This document shows, piece after piece, positions 9,261 through 20,544 of a stretch of DNA of 64,000 nt (its first letter is position 1; each line of letters opens with the position of its first letter). Where the stretch lies: contig CAWAGQ010000013.1 of assembly GCA_963781585.1 (NCBI GenBank), forward strand, positions 1 to 64,000, given 5' to 3'. This DNA is from an uncultured Gemmatimonadaceae bacterium (GTDB lineage: Bacteria > Gemmatimonadota > Gemmatimonadetes > Gemmatimonadales > Gemmatimonadaceae). The position numbers and the translations under genes were made by a program. The notes beneath the pieces were generated by a model. It was not told the origin of the DNA. It worked only from the letters and a program-made list of their open reading frames with translations, and ran no database searches.

Positions 9261-9878
9261 ATGGAGAACCCAGCGCGCCAACGCCTCATCGGGAGCAACC
9301 GGATCGGCGGCAAGTCGGTCGGCAGCGCAGCCGCGTACGCCGGCATGGGCGTGCAGTTCGTGGTGGCGATCCTCCTCTGTCTCTACGCCGGACGCTGGGT
9401 GGATGCGAAGCTCGGCACCGGTCCGCTGTTTCTCGTGGTCGGAGTCTTCGTCGGCGCCGCCGCCGGATTCTGGGCAATCCTGCGGCGCGTCGCCGCCGAC
9501 CAGCGCCGGGAGGACCAGATCGCGACGCTCGTGAGACGCCTGACGGGGTTCGTGCTCGCCTGCCTGACGATCATCGCGGGCACGGGTCTGCTGCTGACGC
9601 TCGCGTTCCGCCAGCCGGCCGACCGGCACGCGCTGGTGGTGGGTGGCATAGTGGCGCTGGCGGTGCAGATCGGGGCGTTCGCCGCGGCCCGGTCGATGGC
9701 CCGCGAGAACGTGATCGCCGGATGGGGACTGGGAGTGGTGGTGCGGCTGGTGTCGTTCGCGGTCTTTGCGCTTGTGGTCGTGCCCTGGCTCGGACTGCCG
9801 CTTACCGCGGCGCTGGTCAGCACCGCGTTGTACCTGTTTCTTTCCACCCTCATCGAACCGTTCTTCCTCAAGCCATGA
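9261..9878 (+). CDS. AtpZ/AtpI family proteins (read here as one fused ORF)
   Basis: GRWVDAKLGTGPLFLVVGVFVG (AtpZ-like) followed by a four-helix AtpI-like part, upstream of atpB. Confidence 0.75.
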   Translation: MENPARQRLIGSNRIGGKSVGSAAAYAGMGVQFVVAILLCLYAGRWVDAKLGTGPLFLVVGVFVGAAAGFWAILRRVAADQRREDQIATLVRRLTGFVLACLTIIAGTGLLLTLAFRQPADRHALVVGGIVALAVQIGAFAAARSMARENVIAGWGLGVVVRLVSFAVFALVVVPWLGLPLTAALVSTALYLFLSTLIEPFFLKP

Positions 9879-10903
9879 GATCGGCCGCCTCGCTCCTGCT
9901 GATGCTCACGGTCGCCGTGCAGGCACGCGCCGCGATTCCCGCGATCCCCCCGGCCGCCGCGCGCCCGCGCCGCGCCGGCGACCGCTGCGCGGGCGGTTGT
10001 GGCCATGCAGGCGCAAGGCCCCCCGCGGAGCCGCCGAGCCCAAGGTCGACATCATCACCCCGCACATCCGGGACTCGTACGAGATCGAGATCCCGTACTG
10101 GGCGCCGCCGTTCACGAAGGAGCTCTGCCTGGGCCGCGGAGACCGACGGCCGCTGCGGCCCGCTCTGGGAGCCGGTCCGCATCGGCCCCCTCACGCTCCA
10201 GCTCTCGCCCACCAAGCACGTCGTGATGCTGCTGTTCTCGTCGACGCTGTGCGTGCTGGTCCTGGTGGGCATCGCGCGTTCGCACACCCGCGCCACTTCC
10301 ATGATCGGGCGGCCGAAGGGCTTCGCCAACGGCATCGAGGCCACCGTCCTGTACCTGCGCGACGAGATCATCCTCCCCACCGTGGGTCCCCACGGCGAAC
10401 GCTACGTGCCGTACCTGCTGTCGCTCTTCTTCTTCATCCTGTTCGCCAACCTCCTCGGCCTGATCCCGTTCGGCGCCACGCCCACCGGCAACATCTCGGT
10501 CACCGCGATGATGGCCATTCTGTCCTTCATCGTGATCGAGATCTCGGGGATGGTGTCGCTGGGGCGCGGCTACCTGAACACGATCTTCTACTGGAACCAC
10601 GACCTGCCGCTCTACCTCCGGGTGCTGCTGTTCGTGATCATGTCGCCGATCGAGTTCGTCTCCAAGCTCACCAAGCCGTTCGCCCTCGCCATCCGGTTGT
10701 TCGCCAACATGACCGCCGGGCACATCGTGGTGCTGGCGTTCATCGGGCTGATCTTCACGTTCCGCAGCCTCGCGTCGGGCGCGCCGTTCCTGATGGCGGT
10801 GGGCGTGATGCTGCTGGAGATCTTCGTGGCGTTTCTGCAGGCGTTCATCTTCATGCTCCTGACCAGCGTGTTCATCGGCCAGGTGCGGGAAGCGCATCAT
10901 TGA
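9875..10903 (+). CDS. atpB: ATP synthase F0 subunit a (frameshifts in the N-terminal part)
   Basis: FILFANLLGLIP, KPFALAIRLFANMTAGH, FVAFLQAFIFMLLT. Confidence 0.95.
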   Translation: MRSAASLLLMLTVAVQARAAIPAIPPAAARPRRAGDRCAGGCGHAGARPPAEPPSPRSTSSPRTSGTRTRSRSRTGRRRSRRSSAWAAETDGRCGPLWEPVRIGPLTLQLSPTKHVVMLLFSSTLCVLVLVGIARSHTRATSMIGRPKGFANGIEATVLYLRDEIILPTVGPHGERYVPYLLSLFFFILFANLLGLIPFGATPTGNISVTAMMAILSFIVIEISGMVSLGRGYLNTIFYWNHDLPLYLRVLLFVIMSPIEFVSKLTKPFALAIRLFANMTAGHIVVLAFIGLIFTFRSLASGAPFLMAVGVMLLEIFVAFLQAFIFMLLTSVFIGQVREAHH

Positions 10904-11062
10904 GACAGGATGTGGTCAGTGGCGGCTGGAGCAGGCTCCATCTCCAGTCGCGGTTACCCGGCCGGGTGGCCGGGGAAGCCCGTTGAGGCCCGGGCCTCGG
11001 TGACGGGCGGCGGCGCGCGGTGCGGCGCCGCGGGGTTCCGAAAGCTGGTTTCATCGACCTAA

Positions 11063-11440
<378 letters not shown>

Positions 11441-11493
11441 TAGCGTCGCGCCGGCGCGGTGCGCCGGCTTCACCCCCACGGTTTTCTCCGACG

Positions 11494-12089
11494 ATGATCC
11501 GACACCCATTTCGCGCGAGTTTCGCCGGCGCAGCGCTGCTGGCCGTCCGGGCCCTGCCGGCTGCCGCCCAGGAAGGGGGGCGGCCGAGGTGAACCTGCTC
11601 TCGCCCAACGGCGGGCTGATGTTCTGGACGATCATCATCTTCGCCGTCCTGCTGTTCGTCCTGTCGCGCTACGCCTTCAAGCCGATGCTGGCCGCGGTGG
11701 AGGCGCGCGAGCAGTCGCTGCAGCGCGCGCTGGACGAAGCGCGGCAGAACCGCGAGGAGGCCATCCGCGTGCTGGAGCAGCACCGCCAGCAGCTGGAGGC
11801 CGCCCGCGGCGAGGCCCAGCGGCTGATCGCCGAGGGGCGCGCCACCGCCGAGAAGGTGCGGACCGACCTGCTGGAGCAGACGCGCGCGCAGCAGCAGGAG
11901 ATGCTCGCGCGGGCGCGCCGCGACATCGAGACCGAGAAGACCAACGCCATCGCCGATCTGCGTCGCGAGGCGGTCGATCTCGCCATCGCCGGCGCCAGCA
12001 AGGTGATCGAGCGCAACCTCGATACCCAGGCGGACCGCAAGCTCGTGGAGACCTTCCTGTCGACGCTGCAACTCACGGGGAAGCGATAG
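11494..12089 (+). CDS. atpF: ATP synthase F0 subunit b (frameshift in the G run near 11578)
   Basis: GLMFWTIIIFAVLLFVLSRYAFKP followed by a long coiled coil. Confidence 0.92.
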
Positions 12090-12631
12090 TGCGCGACACG
12101 ACCATCGCGCGCAACTACGCCGAGGCGCTGCTGGCGCTGGCCCGCAAGGCCGGCGCCCTGGACGCGTGGGGGACGGCGTTCAGTGGGGTCGCTGTCGCCG
12201 TCCGTGACGACGAGCGCCTCTGGAACTTCCTCGCCGCGCCGCAGATCTCGGCCGCCGCGAAGAAGGCCGTGATCGCCAAGGCGTTCGCCGGAAAGCTCCC
12301 CCGCCTGATGGTGCTGTTCCTGGAGAAGCTGTTCGACAACCGCCGGCAGCTGCTGATCCCCCAGATCGCGGTGGAGTACGGCAACCTGGTGGACGAGGCC
12401 GAGGGCCGCCTGCACGCCCAGGTGACCGTGGCGCGGGAGGTGGAGGAGGCGGACCGGCAGCTCATCGCGCGCGAGCTGTCGCGCGCATTTGCCAAGGTCG
12501 TGGTGCCGCACATCCACGTGAACGCCGCGCTCATCGGCGGGGTGGTGGTGCGGGTGGGGGACCGGGTGATGGACGGTTCGGTGCGGCGACGGCTGGCGAC
12601 GTTGCGGCACCAGGTGATGCGCAACGCGTAG
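12089..12631 (+). CDS. atpH: ATP synthase F1 subunit delta
   Basis: IARNYAEAL, LIGGVVVRVGDRVMDGSVRRRL. Confidence 0.95.
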   Translation: MRDTTIARNYAEALLALARKAGALDAWGTAFSGVAVAVRDDERLWNFLAAPQISAAAKKAVIAKAFAGKLPRLMVLFLEKLFDNRRQLLIPQIAVEYGNLVDEAEGRLHAQVTVAREVEEADRQLIARELSRAFAKVVVPHIHVNAALIGGVVVRVGDRVMDGSVRRRLATLRHQVMRNA

Positions 12632-12736
12632 TGCGCCAACACCCGTTACAATGCAGCAGCGGCTGGCCGGCGGGCGTCGACCCGCGTGCGGGCGCAGCGC
12701 ACGTCTCCCTCTCCTGAGATCCGGATCCTCCGTGCC

Positions 12737-13255
12737 ATGACCGACCGCAGCGAAGTCGCCGTGGTGCCGAAGCCGTGGGGATACGAGCGGATCTGGGCGC
12801 ACACCGACCGCTACCTCGGCAAGATCCTGCACATCAACGCCGGCCACGCGTTGTCGGTGCAGTACCACGAGCGGAAGGACGAGACCGTGTATCTGTTGTC
12901 GGGTGAACTGAAGTACTGGGTGGAGCCGGTGGCGGGCGCGAGTGCGGGTGGGGGCGGGGACGGGGTCGGGGGCGACGCGGCGGCGGGCTCGCGGGACGGT
13001 GGAGGCGGAGGCGGTGGCGGCGGCGGCGCCGGCCCCGGCCGGTTCGGCGGCATGCCGGCCGATCTCGGGCGCCGCGTGGCGGCGCTCGTCGACGTGCGGC
13101 TGCGGCCGGGCGAGGCGTTCCGGATCACCGCCGGCACGATTCATTATATGGAAGCGGTGACCGACTGCGACGTACTGGAGGTGTCGACGCCTGACGACGG
13201 GGACGTCGTGCGGCTCAGGGATCGCTACGGACGGGAGGGGACGAGCGCGCCATGA
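12737..13255 (+). CDS. Cupin-domain protein (mannose-6-phosphate isomerase-like) with Gly-rich insertion
   Basis: KPWGYE, LSVQYHERKDET, LEVSTP, DVVRLRDRYGR. Confidence 0.85.
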   Translation: MTDRSEVAVVPKPWGYERIWAHTDRYLGKILHINAGHALSVQYHERKDETVYLLSGELKYWVEPVAGASAGGGGDGVGGDAAAGSRDGGGGGGGGGGAGPGRFGGMPADLGRRVAALVDVRLRPGEAFRITAGTIHYMEAVTDCDVLEVSTPDDGDVVRLRDRYGREGTSAP

Positions 13256-14259
13256 AGGTGATCATTCCGCTGGCGGGGAAGGGAACGCGGCTCCGGCCGC
13301 ACACGCACGTGACGCCCAAGCCGATGCTGCGCGTGGCGGGCAAGCCGGTGATGGCGTACATCCTGGAGGACCTCGAGCGGCTCGGCGACGTCGAACAGAT
13401 CGTCTACATCACCGGTCACCTGAAGGACAAGGTGGAGGAGTACGCGCGGCGCGAATTCCGCATCCCGTCGGTGTTCATCGAGCAGGTGGTGCAGGACGGG
13501 ACCGCGGGCGCGGTGGCGCTGGCGCGCGGGTACGTCGATCAGCCGGTGCTGATCATCTTCGTCGACACCATCTTCGACGCCGACCTGAGCGTGGTGCATC
13601 GCAGCGACGCCGACGGGATCATCTGGGTGAAGGAGGTCGAGGATTACCAGCGGTTCGGCGTGGTGGTGACCGACGCCGGCGGCAACATGACGAAGATCGT
13701 GGAGAAGCCCGATACCCCGATTTCGAAGCGCGCCAACATCGGGCTGTACTACGTGCGCAACTGGAAGCTGCTGTTCGAGGGGATCGACTGGGTGCTGCGG
13801 CAGCCGAAGAACAAGGGGGAGTATTTTCTCACCGACGCCTTCCAGTACATGATCGATCACGGTGCCAGGATCCAGGTGATCGACGTGGAAGGGTGGTACG
13901 ACGCCGGGAAGCTGGAGACGCTGCTGGAGACCAACCGGGCGATGCTGGAGAAGGGGCGAGCGCGGATTCCGGTGACGGTCGGGCGCGATCAGGTCATCGA
14001 GCCGGTGTACATCGAGGACGGCGTGACGATCATCAACTCGCGCGTGGGGCCTAACGTGTCGGTCGGCACCGGCACCGAGATCGTGGATTCGACCCTGCGC
14101 GACACGATCGTGGGTGACGGCTCGCGGATCGCGCGGTCGGTGCTGCGGGATTCGCTGATCGGCGACTCGGCGGTGGTGCAGGGGATCGAGGGGGCGGTGA
14201 GTGTGGGGGATCACGCGGAAGTGCGGGGCGGGGGAGCGGGGCAGGGGCGGCCGGGCTGA
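13252..14259 (+). CDS. Sugar-phosphate nucleotidyltransferase
   Basis: IIPLAGKGTRLRPHT...KP, VEKP, C-terminal hexapeptide-like repeats. Confidence 0.93.
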   Translation: MKVIIPLAGKGTRLRPHTHVTPKPMLRVAGKPVMAYILEDLERLGDVEQIVYITGHLKDKVEEYARREFRIPSVFIEQVVQDGTAGAVALARGYVDQPVLIIFVDTIFDADLSVVHRSDADGIIWVKEVEDYQRFGVVVTDAGGNMTKIVEKPDTPISKRANIGLYYVRNWKLLFEGIDWVLRQPKNKGEYFLTDAFQYMIDHGARIQVIDVEGWYDAGKLETLLETNRAMLEKGRARIPVTVGRDQVIEPVYIEDGVTIINSRVGPNVSVGTGTEIVDSTLRDTIVGDGSRIARSVLRDSLIGDSAVVQGIEGAVSVGDHAEVRGGGAGQGRPG

Positions 14260-14328
14260 GCGAGCGACCTGGACCAGCAGCCGGTGGCCGGATCAGCAGG
14301 TTCGAGGAACGGGCAGCGGGAGGATCGC

Positions 14329-14511
14329 TCAAATCGCGGGGCGATTGCGCCGCGAGTGCCGTGCTATCCTGGATGCCGCCGCCCGCGCGATGGCGCCCTG
14401 CACGGCGCCGGCGAAGGCCCCACCCAAGCGCGGTCGCTTATTCTCGTACCAATCGATCGCGTCGTAGAAATCGCTGCGTGCTTCAGGATGGAATTCGACC
14501 GCGAGCGACAC
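14329..14511 (-). pseudogene. ParE/RelE family toxin, apparently truncated
   Basis: VEFHPEARSDFYDAIDWYE...LGGAF; only 60 aa; coupled to the upstream antitoxin. Confidence 0.7.
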
Positions 14512-14756
14512 TACCGCCGCGCGCGAGCTGCGGCGCCAACAAACACTTGATCGGCCGGAATACCAGCGACCGTGCCCTGTCGCAGTTCCGCCAGCCTACG
14601 TTCCCCTTCGGCCTGCCACGCCGGTTCTACGTCCGCGACAGGCTCGAGCGAGCTGTCCGCGTCGAAACTCGAGAGCAGCACCTCGGCAAGCCTGGCGCGA
14701 TCCTTGGGCGGGAGGCTAAGGAGTTCCGTTTCGAGCCGGTCGTTCGAGCGCACCAT
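14511..14756 (-). CDS. Addiction-module antitoxin
   Basis: LSLPPKDRARLAEVLLSS...AW..E..RRL..L..G pattern. Confidence 0.85.
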   Translation of the reverse strand: MVRSNDRLETELLSLPPKDRARLAEVLLSSFDADSSLEPVADVEPAWQAEGERRLAELRQGTVAGIPADQVFVGAAARARR

Positions 14757-14817
14757 GGCGAACTCCTACGCAATGATTCCGAAAACTGACATCGCGGGCT
14801 CTGCATCGCACCGCTCG

Positions 14818-14927
14818 GCGTAACGTGTGGCTTCTGCTGCGCCGCACTCAATAGTTGGCCGTACTGGCGAAGCACAGCACGGCCTTCACTCGGAGTGTGC
14901 GGCGTGTGCAGCAAGCCTTGGTTAGGC
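14818..14927 (-). repeat. attC-like recombination site
   Basis: Minus strand GCCTAAC-caaggc-TTGCTGC...GCAGCAGAAgccacac-GTTACGC with extended imperfect inverted repeat. Confidence 0.8.
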
Positions 14928-14997
14928 GGCACGCGCAGGACGGCCCATACGACTTGTGTCGACGTATGGGCTCATCGAGTGCAGGGCGGCGAGTAGG

Positions 14998-15579
14998 TCA
15001 AGAAGAGGAGGCATCTCGTTGGGATATGGCTAGTCGAACTTGGGCGAGCAACTCGTCCTGCCACTGCTCGCGAATAGCGGTAGACTTCTGGAGTTGCTCC
15101 TCAAGGACCTTGAGCTCCGCTAGCTCAGCACTGATCCACGGATTAAGCGCTGCTTTTGCAGCGACGCCCAGAAACCGATGCTGATCTCGCGGAATGAACT
15201 GCTCCGCCAGTGCCCAAGAGGATAAGATGGGAACTCCGAGTACGAGACTTACACGAAGTGTCACGAGCGATGTTTCTGAGTTCCACGCCCACACAACAAT
15301 TGCCGCCAGGGCGCCGCAAATGGCCACTAGGATGCGAGTAGGCCGGCTACCAGGTCGAGCGAACACATCCAGAGTACCCCGGAAGACGATTAGTCCCATG
15401 CCAGCGCCGACGATGGCTTGGAGGAGCACCGATCCAACCGAGTCTCTACCTGACTGTGCGGGGAAGGCCAGAACGCATGCAAGCGCGTAAACCAAGACCG
15501 CGGCGGCGTTACGCGAGCGCCGCGCGAATGCTCGTGCGCTCAAGAAGCGGCTGAATAGCGCGTCTAGATCAGATCCCAT
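14998..15579 (-). CDS. Hypothetical membrane protein (cassette-like, between attC-like sites)
   Basis: About four hydrophobic helices plus C-terminal coiled coil; lower GC. Confidence 0.6.
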   Translation of the reverse strand: MGSDLDALFSRFLSARAFARRSRNAAAVLVYALACVLAFPAQSGRDSVGSVLLQAIVGAGMGLIVFRGTLDVFARPGSRPTRILVAICGALAAIVVWAWNSETSLVTLRVSLVLGVPILSSWALAEQFIPRDQHRFLGVAAKAALNPWISAELAELKVLEEQLQKSTAIREQWQDELLAQVRLAISQRDASSS

Positions 15580-15620
15580 GCAGCCTGCTCTCCTCGAAGC
15601 CGTTATCACCCCATCGGTCC

Positions 15621-15721
15621 GGCTACCGTGCTGCAATGGGCTGCAAGCGCCGCTCAAATGGTGCGGGCGCGCAGCGGCCGTCCTCAATAGTGCGCTGTTC
15701 TGCTCGAATGTCTTGTTAGGC
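15621..15721 (-). repeat. Degenerate attC-like site
   Basis: Minus strand GCCTAAC-aagaca-TTCGAGC...gcagcac-GGTAGCC. Confidence 0.6.
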
Positions 15722-15889
15722 GGCAGGCAGGTGAGTCACGTCAGCAAGACCGCATTCACGAGTACTCGCCCGAAAGTATCGCAGAGGGCGCGCTCATTCC
15801 CGAGACCTGCCAATTCGTGGGCGGAGCCCAGCGGTGGCGTCGGGCGCACCTCCGATCGGTCCTGGTTAGCGAAGCCATTCGGTGTTGCG

Positions 15890-16033
15890 CGCCGGCGTCG
15901 TCAATGGCGCAGGCGGTGATGTAGCGATTGTGGAGATCGAGACCGACCGTAACCATGAGTCCTCCCGAGAGCGGAACCGGGAAGGTGCCCTGCGCGTCGC
16001 GCTTCAGCGACGCGTCAGGCTCTGGTAAGGTCG
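15890..16033 (-). mobile_element. IS110-family relic (non-coding leader plus about 22 transposase codons)
   Basis: MVTVGLDLHNRYITACAIDDAG; leader very similar to the one at 23130-23206. Confidence 0.75.
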
Positions 16034-16136
16034 AGCGCGCCGCCAAGGCGATATTCTACCCGATTCGAAACGTGGCGTGGAATTCCCTCCGAACGACGTA
16101 GGCTTGGGTCGGAGGCGCTATTCGCAAGCGCTGCTT

Positions 16137-18081
16137 CTATAGGGGCTGCGCGAAGGGCGCGACTCCAGTGTTCCAATGGCCATACCCAGTCGACAAATCA
16201 CGGAAGCCGATGATGCCTGCCTGGTACAGAAAGATGAAGAGAACTTCTGAGCGAAGGGCCCCCTGCACAATCTTGCTCCGGCAGACCTTGTCGAACCTCC
16301 GCTGCATGTAAAACGGGATCAGGAATAGGCCAATTAGCCACGGTGCCGACGTCATGCCCTGCGAAAGCGTGTAGAGGAGAAGAATGCAGAGAATGATGGC
16401 CATCCACGTCATTGCACGAGCCATCGGCAGAATCGGATTGGCTAGTACCATAGCTACGTAGCCAAACGGTAAGGCCAAGAGAAGCAGTGGATCGCGACGA
16501 ATGATCGCGAGGAGTACCGAGAGCAAGGCGCTGATCACCGGACCTGAGAAGTGGCTCCGCTTCTCTGTACAGCCTGATAGGGTGAGTTAACTGGATCGGC
16601 GGGCGGGTTAAGCTGCCGCGGGGAGCGACAGTGGGAGGAAGTATGCCTCATCGGGGGTCTGGTCGGCGAGGCTGGAATGGGGACGACGAGTGTTGTAGAG
16701 GGTGAGGTAGCGCTCGATGCCGGCTTTCGCGGACGACACCGAGTCGTAGGCGTGCAGATAGACCTCCTCGTACTTGAGGGTGCGCCAGAGGCGCTCGACG
16801 AAGATGTTGTCCCGCCAGCAGCCCAGGCCATCCATGCTGATCTGGATCCCGTGATCAAGCAGCAGGCCGGTGAACGCCGCACTGGTGAACTGCGCGCCCT
16901 GGTCGGTGTTGAAGATCTCCGGCCGGCCGTAGCGCGCGATCGCCTCCTCCACGGTGGCGATGCAGAAGGCGCTGTCCAGCGTGATCGAGAGGCCCCAGCT
17001 GAGCACCCGGCGACTCGCCCAGTCCATCACCGCGGCGAGATAGATGAAGCCGCGCGCCATCGGGATGTAGGTGATGTCCATGGCCCAGACCTCGTTCGGC
17101 CGCGTGATCACGCGCTGCCGCAGCAGGTACGGATAGACCGGATGCGCGCGATGCCGGCGACTGGTGCCCGGCTGGGGCGCGATCGCGCTGATGCCCATCG
17201 TGCGCATCAGGGTGCCGATGTGTCGACGCCCCACGCCAGGGAATTCCGTCTTCAGCACGCGACGCAGGCCGCGCGCTCCGAACCAGGGCATCTCGAGGTG
17301 GACGGCATCAATCCGGCGCATCAGGGCGAGATCGAAGACCGAGGTCGGCCGGGGCGTGTAGTACACTGCGCCCCGGCTGATCCCCAGCGCCGCCGCCTGC
17401 TTCGTGATCGGCAAGGCGTGCGTCCGGTCGATCATCGCTTGGCGCTCAGCAGGCCGGCCTTGCCGAGCGCGCGTTCTAAAAAATCATTCTCGAGGGCGAG
17501 TTCGCCGATCTTCGCGTGCAGCGTCTTCACGTCGATCGGCGGATCCGCCGATCTCCCGCGCTCGCCGAAGAGCTCCGCAGCACCGGCGAGGAGCTGGTCC
17601 TTCCACGCGGTAACCTGCGCGGGGTGCACATCAAAGCGCTTGGCCAATTCGGCGAGCGTGCCTTCGTTGCGGACGGCGGCCAAGGCGACCTTCGCCTTGA
17701 AGGCGGGGGCATGGGTCCGGCGGGATCTCTTCGGCATGGTGAGCTCCTGAGTACAGGGCGAAATCTCGCCCGGGGAGCCCGCCTGTCCACCTAACTCACG
17801 TGTTCAGAAAACCGGGACCACTTCTCTGAGCCCAGGAGTTTAGCATTACTGGTGAAACGCCGGCCGCCCACACGCCATAGCACCGCCCAAGCTAAGTCGA
17901 GTCTCACTCCCGCAAGAAATCGCCCCGCGGCGATGTCTTGCTGAGCGTCTGCAAAGCTTGAGAATGGGAAATCCGGGATGCTTTCGACGTTCTGCCAGCG
18001 GAGGCGTGTGAGAATCTCGCGCTCCAACTCCTTGATGCGAAAGTCGAACTCCGAATCCCGAGACCGAGGACTTGTTTCCAA
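16137..18081 (-). pseudogene. Hypothetical membrane protein interrupted by IS3
   Basis: Deleting 16545-17826 rejoins ...NAKLLGS and GPVISALL... in frame; TTG start at 18081 preceded by GGAG. Confidence 0.7.
16545..17826 (-). mobile_element. IS3-family insertion sequence (orfA 17432-17737, orfB 16608-17435)
   Basis: HTH orfA; DDE orfB (WAMDITY, NTDQGAQFTS, ERLWRTLKYE); imperfect terminal inverted repeats GAGAAGTGG...CCACTTCTC. Confidence 0.95.
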
Positions 18082-18181
18082 CGGGAACTCCGCGTGGACA
18101 AATCTGGTGGCAGTCAGGTCCTGCGTTGCGCTGGACTTGCGCCGCGTAAATGGCGTGAGCCGAGTGTGGAACGAGACAGAT

Positions 18182-18967
18182 TCACGCCTTCTCCTTATTT
18201 GACAACGACTGCACGGAGTATGAGGCCGAGGCGGTCTCGTCCGGCTCGGCCGTGAACTGCACTCTCTTGATGGCATACACCGTGCAACGAATAAGCTCAG
18301 CAGCGGCCAGGTCGAAGAGCGCGAGGTTGTGTCCGGGTCCAAGAGAGCTTCGATAGGCGATGCCGTCGAAGCCGTTGGCATGGAAGCACTCCGCGAGGAT
18401 CTGCGTCGGAGCGTACGATGCGAGGTCGTCCGACGGCGTGACTGGAACGGAATAAGCGTAGTCAATCTCGCGCCACACCACGCGCTCGCACTCAGCCTCA
18501 TTCGGCTTCTCAAAGTAAAGCCGAAATCGTCGATCATCCGCTGTGCAGTTGACAATCCGCGCTGGCCTAATGAGCCGGAACTGGCCCACCGACACGTGCG
18601 CTCCTATCCAAGGCCGCACCTCGGCGATCGCAGTCTCCGCGTGGCTTGCGCCATACAAGTAGACTATTCCCTGCGGGTTAGCCCGTCCCTCCTTGGCTCT
18701 GTCGGGGAGAGGGCGCATTCTGCTCGGAGTAAACGGGCTCGGTTCCTGGGCCACGCACACGCCGTCCTGTTCGACGGGCACCCAGTCACAGCCCAGCTGC
18801 GCCCGCCAGAAACTCGTATCAGCTCCGAGAAGTTGTTCCCGAACCGGTGACGTCGTGAGCACGGTCGCCAGAAATTGCTGCTGGCGGTCCTCGAGAATGT
18901 AACGCCGATGGTGCCGAGTTGCATCGGCGAATTCCTGGTAGCTGCGATGCGACGGAAACCCTTTCAT
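18182..18967 (-). CDS. RES domain protein (NAD+-consuming family)
   Basis: GRANPQGIVYLY, TAIAEVRP, YAPTQILAE, DGIAYRSS. Confidence 0.88.
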   Translation of the reverse strand: MKGFPSHRSYQEFADATRHHRRYILEDRQQQFLATVLTTSPVREQLLGADTSFWRAQLGCDWVPVEQDGVCVAQEPSPFTPSRMRPLPDRAKEGRANPQGIVYLYGASHAETAIAEVRPWIGAHVSVGQFRLIRPARIVNCTADDRRFRLYFEKPNEAECERVVWREIDYAYSVPVTPSDDLASYAPTQILAECFHANGFDGIAYRSSLGPGHNLALFDLAAAELIRCTVYAIKRVQFTAEPDETASASYSVQSLSNKEKA

Positions 18968-18989
18968 TGAAGAGGCGATCGTTGAAGGC

Positions 18990-19047
18990 GCCTAACGCAG
19001 TGCAGATTCTTGATACGCGTAGCCCTATCGAGAATCTGAAGTTGGAC
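18990..19047 (-). repeat. Short (58 bp) attC-like site
   Basis: Minus strand GTCCAAC..CAGATTCTCGATA-gggctacgcg-TATCAAGAATCTG..GTTAGGC, 22 nt before the RES ATG. Confidence 0.65.
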
Positions 19048-19191
19048 TCCGCAGTTGCGCGTGCCGGAGCTGCTTATGGGCTTTCTATTCAGCGCCCGGA
19101 GTTCACGGACCGGTCGGGCCTGAGCCGAAGATGCTGAGGCGCGGGCGTCGCGGCAAGCGCAGGCACCGCCGTGATTGCGGCGATGCGGAGT

Positions 19192-19573
19192 TCACTGCCC
19201 ATCGGGGGGTTGCCACAGCTCGACTTTGTTGGCCTCTGCGTCAATCACCCAGCCGAACTTCCATACTCAGATTCACTGACGTTTCGACATGCACGCCCTC
19301 CGATCGAAGCGCAGCCAGCAGCTCATCCAGGTCCGCGACGCGGTAGTGGACCATGAACGGTGCCGCGCTCGGGGCGAAGTGCTTCGTGTCGGCAGGAAAC
19401 AGGCTCCAGGCCGTCGTTCCAACACCTTCTGGATTGTCCGGACCATTCCAGTCGAAGGCAGCGCCGCCCCATGGCTGGACATCGATTCCCAGGTGGGTCT
19501 TGAACCAGTCGCCCAGGGCCTTTGGATCTTTGGACTTGAAGAAGATGCCACCGATGCCAGTGACTCGCTTCAT
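19192..19573 (-). CDS. VOC/glyoxalase family protein (frameshift near the C-terminus)
   Basis: MKRVTGIGGIFFKSKDPKAL..., other frame ends NKVELWQPPDGQ*. Confidence 0.88.
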
Positions 19574-19832
19574 GACTCCTCCAGTGCTGAAACGGGCGCA
19601 GGCACAGGCGCAGCGTCCCGGAACTGACGTGAGCCACCAACGGAATACCGCGATCCTCGTTCACAGGCCGGCGACTGAGGACTTCCAGTGCACACGGAAT
19701 CCGGCGCCCACGGGCTCATTGCAGGGTCTGTTCGAAGAACCGCACGATCATCGTTGTCAATTCAGAACGAGAGGGCTTTCCACCAGAAGGGGCCGACCCG
19801 ACGCGGCAGCATGCCGACTCCATGGAGTCAAT

Positions 19833-20290
19833 ATGACGCACCCTGAGGTTTCAGTGCATCGCCGCCAGTATCGTTGCTCGCAGGAGTCGAAACTGCTCTG
19901 CCGGATAGCGTTCGCCTTGTTCGCGTTGTCTCTTGGTGGAGTGGCACCCAGCTGTTACTCGCCCACTGCGTGTGTTGGTGTGGGGGTTTTTGGAGTCACT
20001 GTGGAGATCAGGGATGCCGTCACCGGCTTGCCGGCGGCGTACAGGGCCACGGTGACGGTGCGCGACGGGCGTATGGCCAAAGTCTCACCAATAACAGTTC
20101 GCCGTCCGACTCCCTGACCGCGCTCTGGATCGGCCTCGCTGCAGATCGGCCTGGGGCGTATGCTGTCAGTATCAGCCGACCCGGCTACGCGGACACAACG
20201 ATTGGTCCCGTTGTGGTCGAGCGATCGCGGGGACGGTGCGGCACTCTCAAGGGCGCCGTCCTTCAGGTAGCCCTCAGGCCGACCTCGTAG
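19833..20290 (+). CDS. Secreted/lipoprotein with carboxypeptidase-regulatory-like beta sandwich (frameshift near 20070)
   Basis: Hydrophobic leader with Cys; VTVEIRDAVTG...RPGAYAVSISRPGY. Confidence 0.55.
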
Positions 20291-20544
20291 TCTCGTGTCC
20301 CAGCGCAGCGCGCCGCGGCGCATCTGATGCCGCGTCTTTTCGCGACTCCAAGGCGGTCAACGTGAATGAGCGTGCCTGCCTCATCCTCTTGGCGTCTGGA
20401 CCAAAGACAGGGGTCACCTCACACGAGCGTTCCAGATCAATACCTTCAGTACTGTCAGCGGACTCCCGATCCTGTTTGTCGCAATCATGCGACGAATTGC
20501 GATGTTCGGGGTGTCCCAGGTGTGGCATTATTCTGGGAGCTGCA

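Noticed and set aside
9261..9878. Novel AtpZ-AtpI fusion
   Set aside because: The junction has a GTGA start/stop overlap motif; one indel would give the usual two genes
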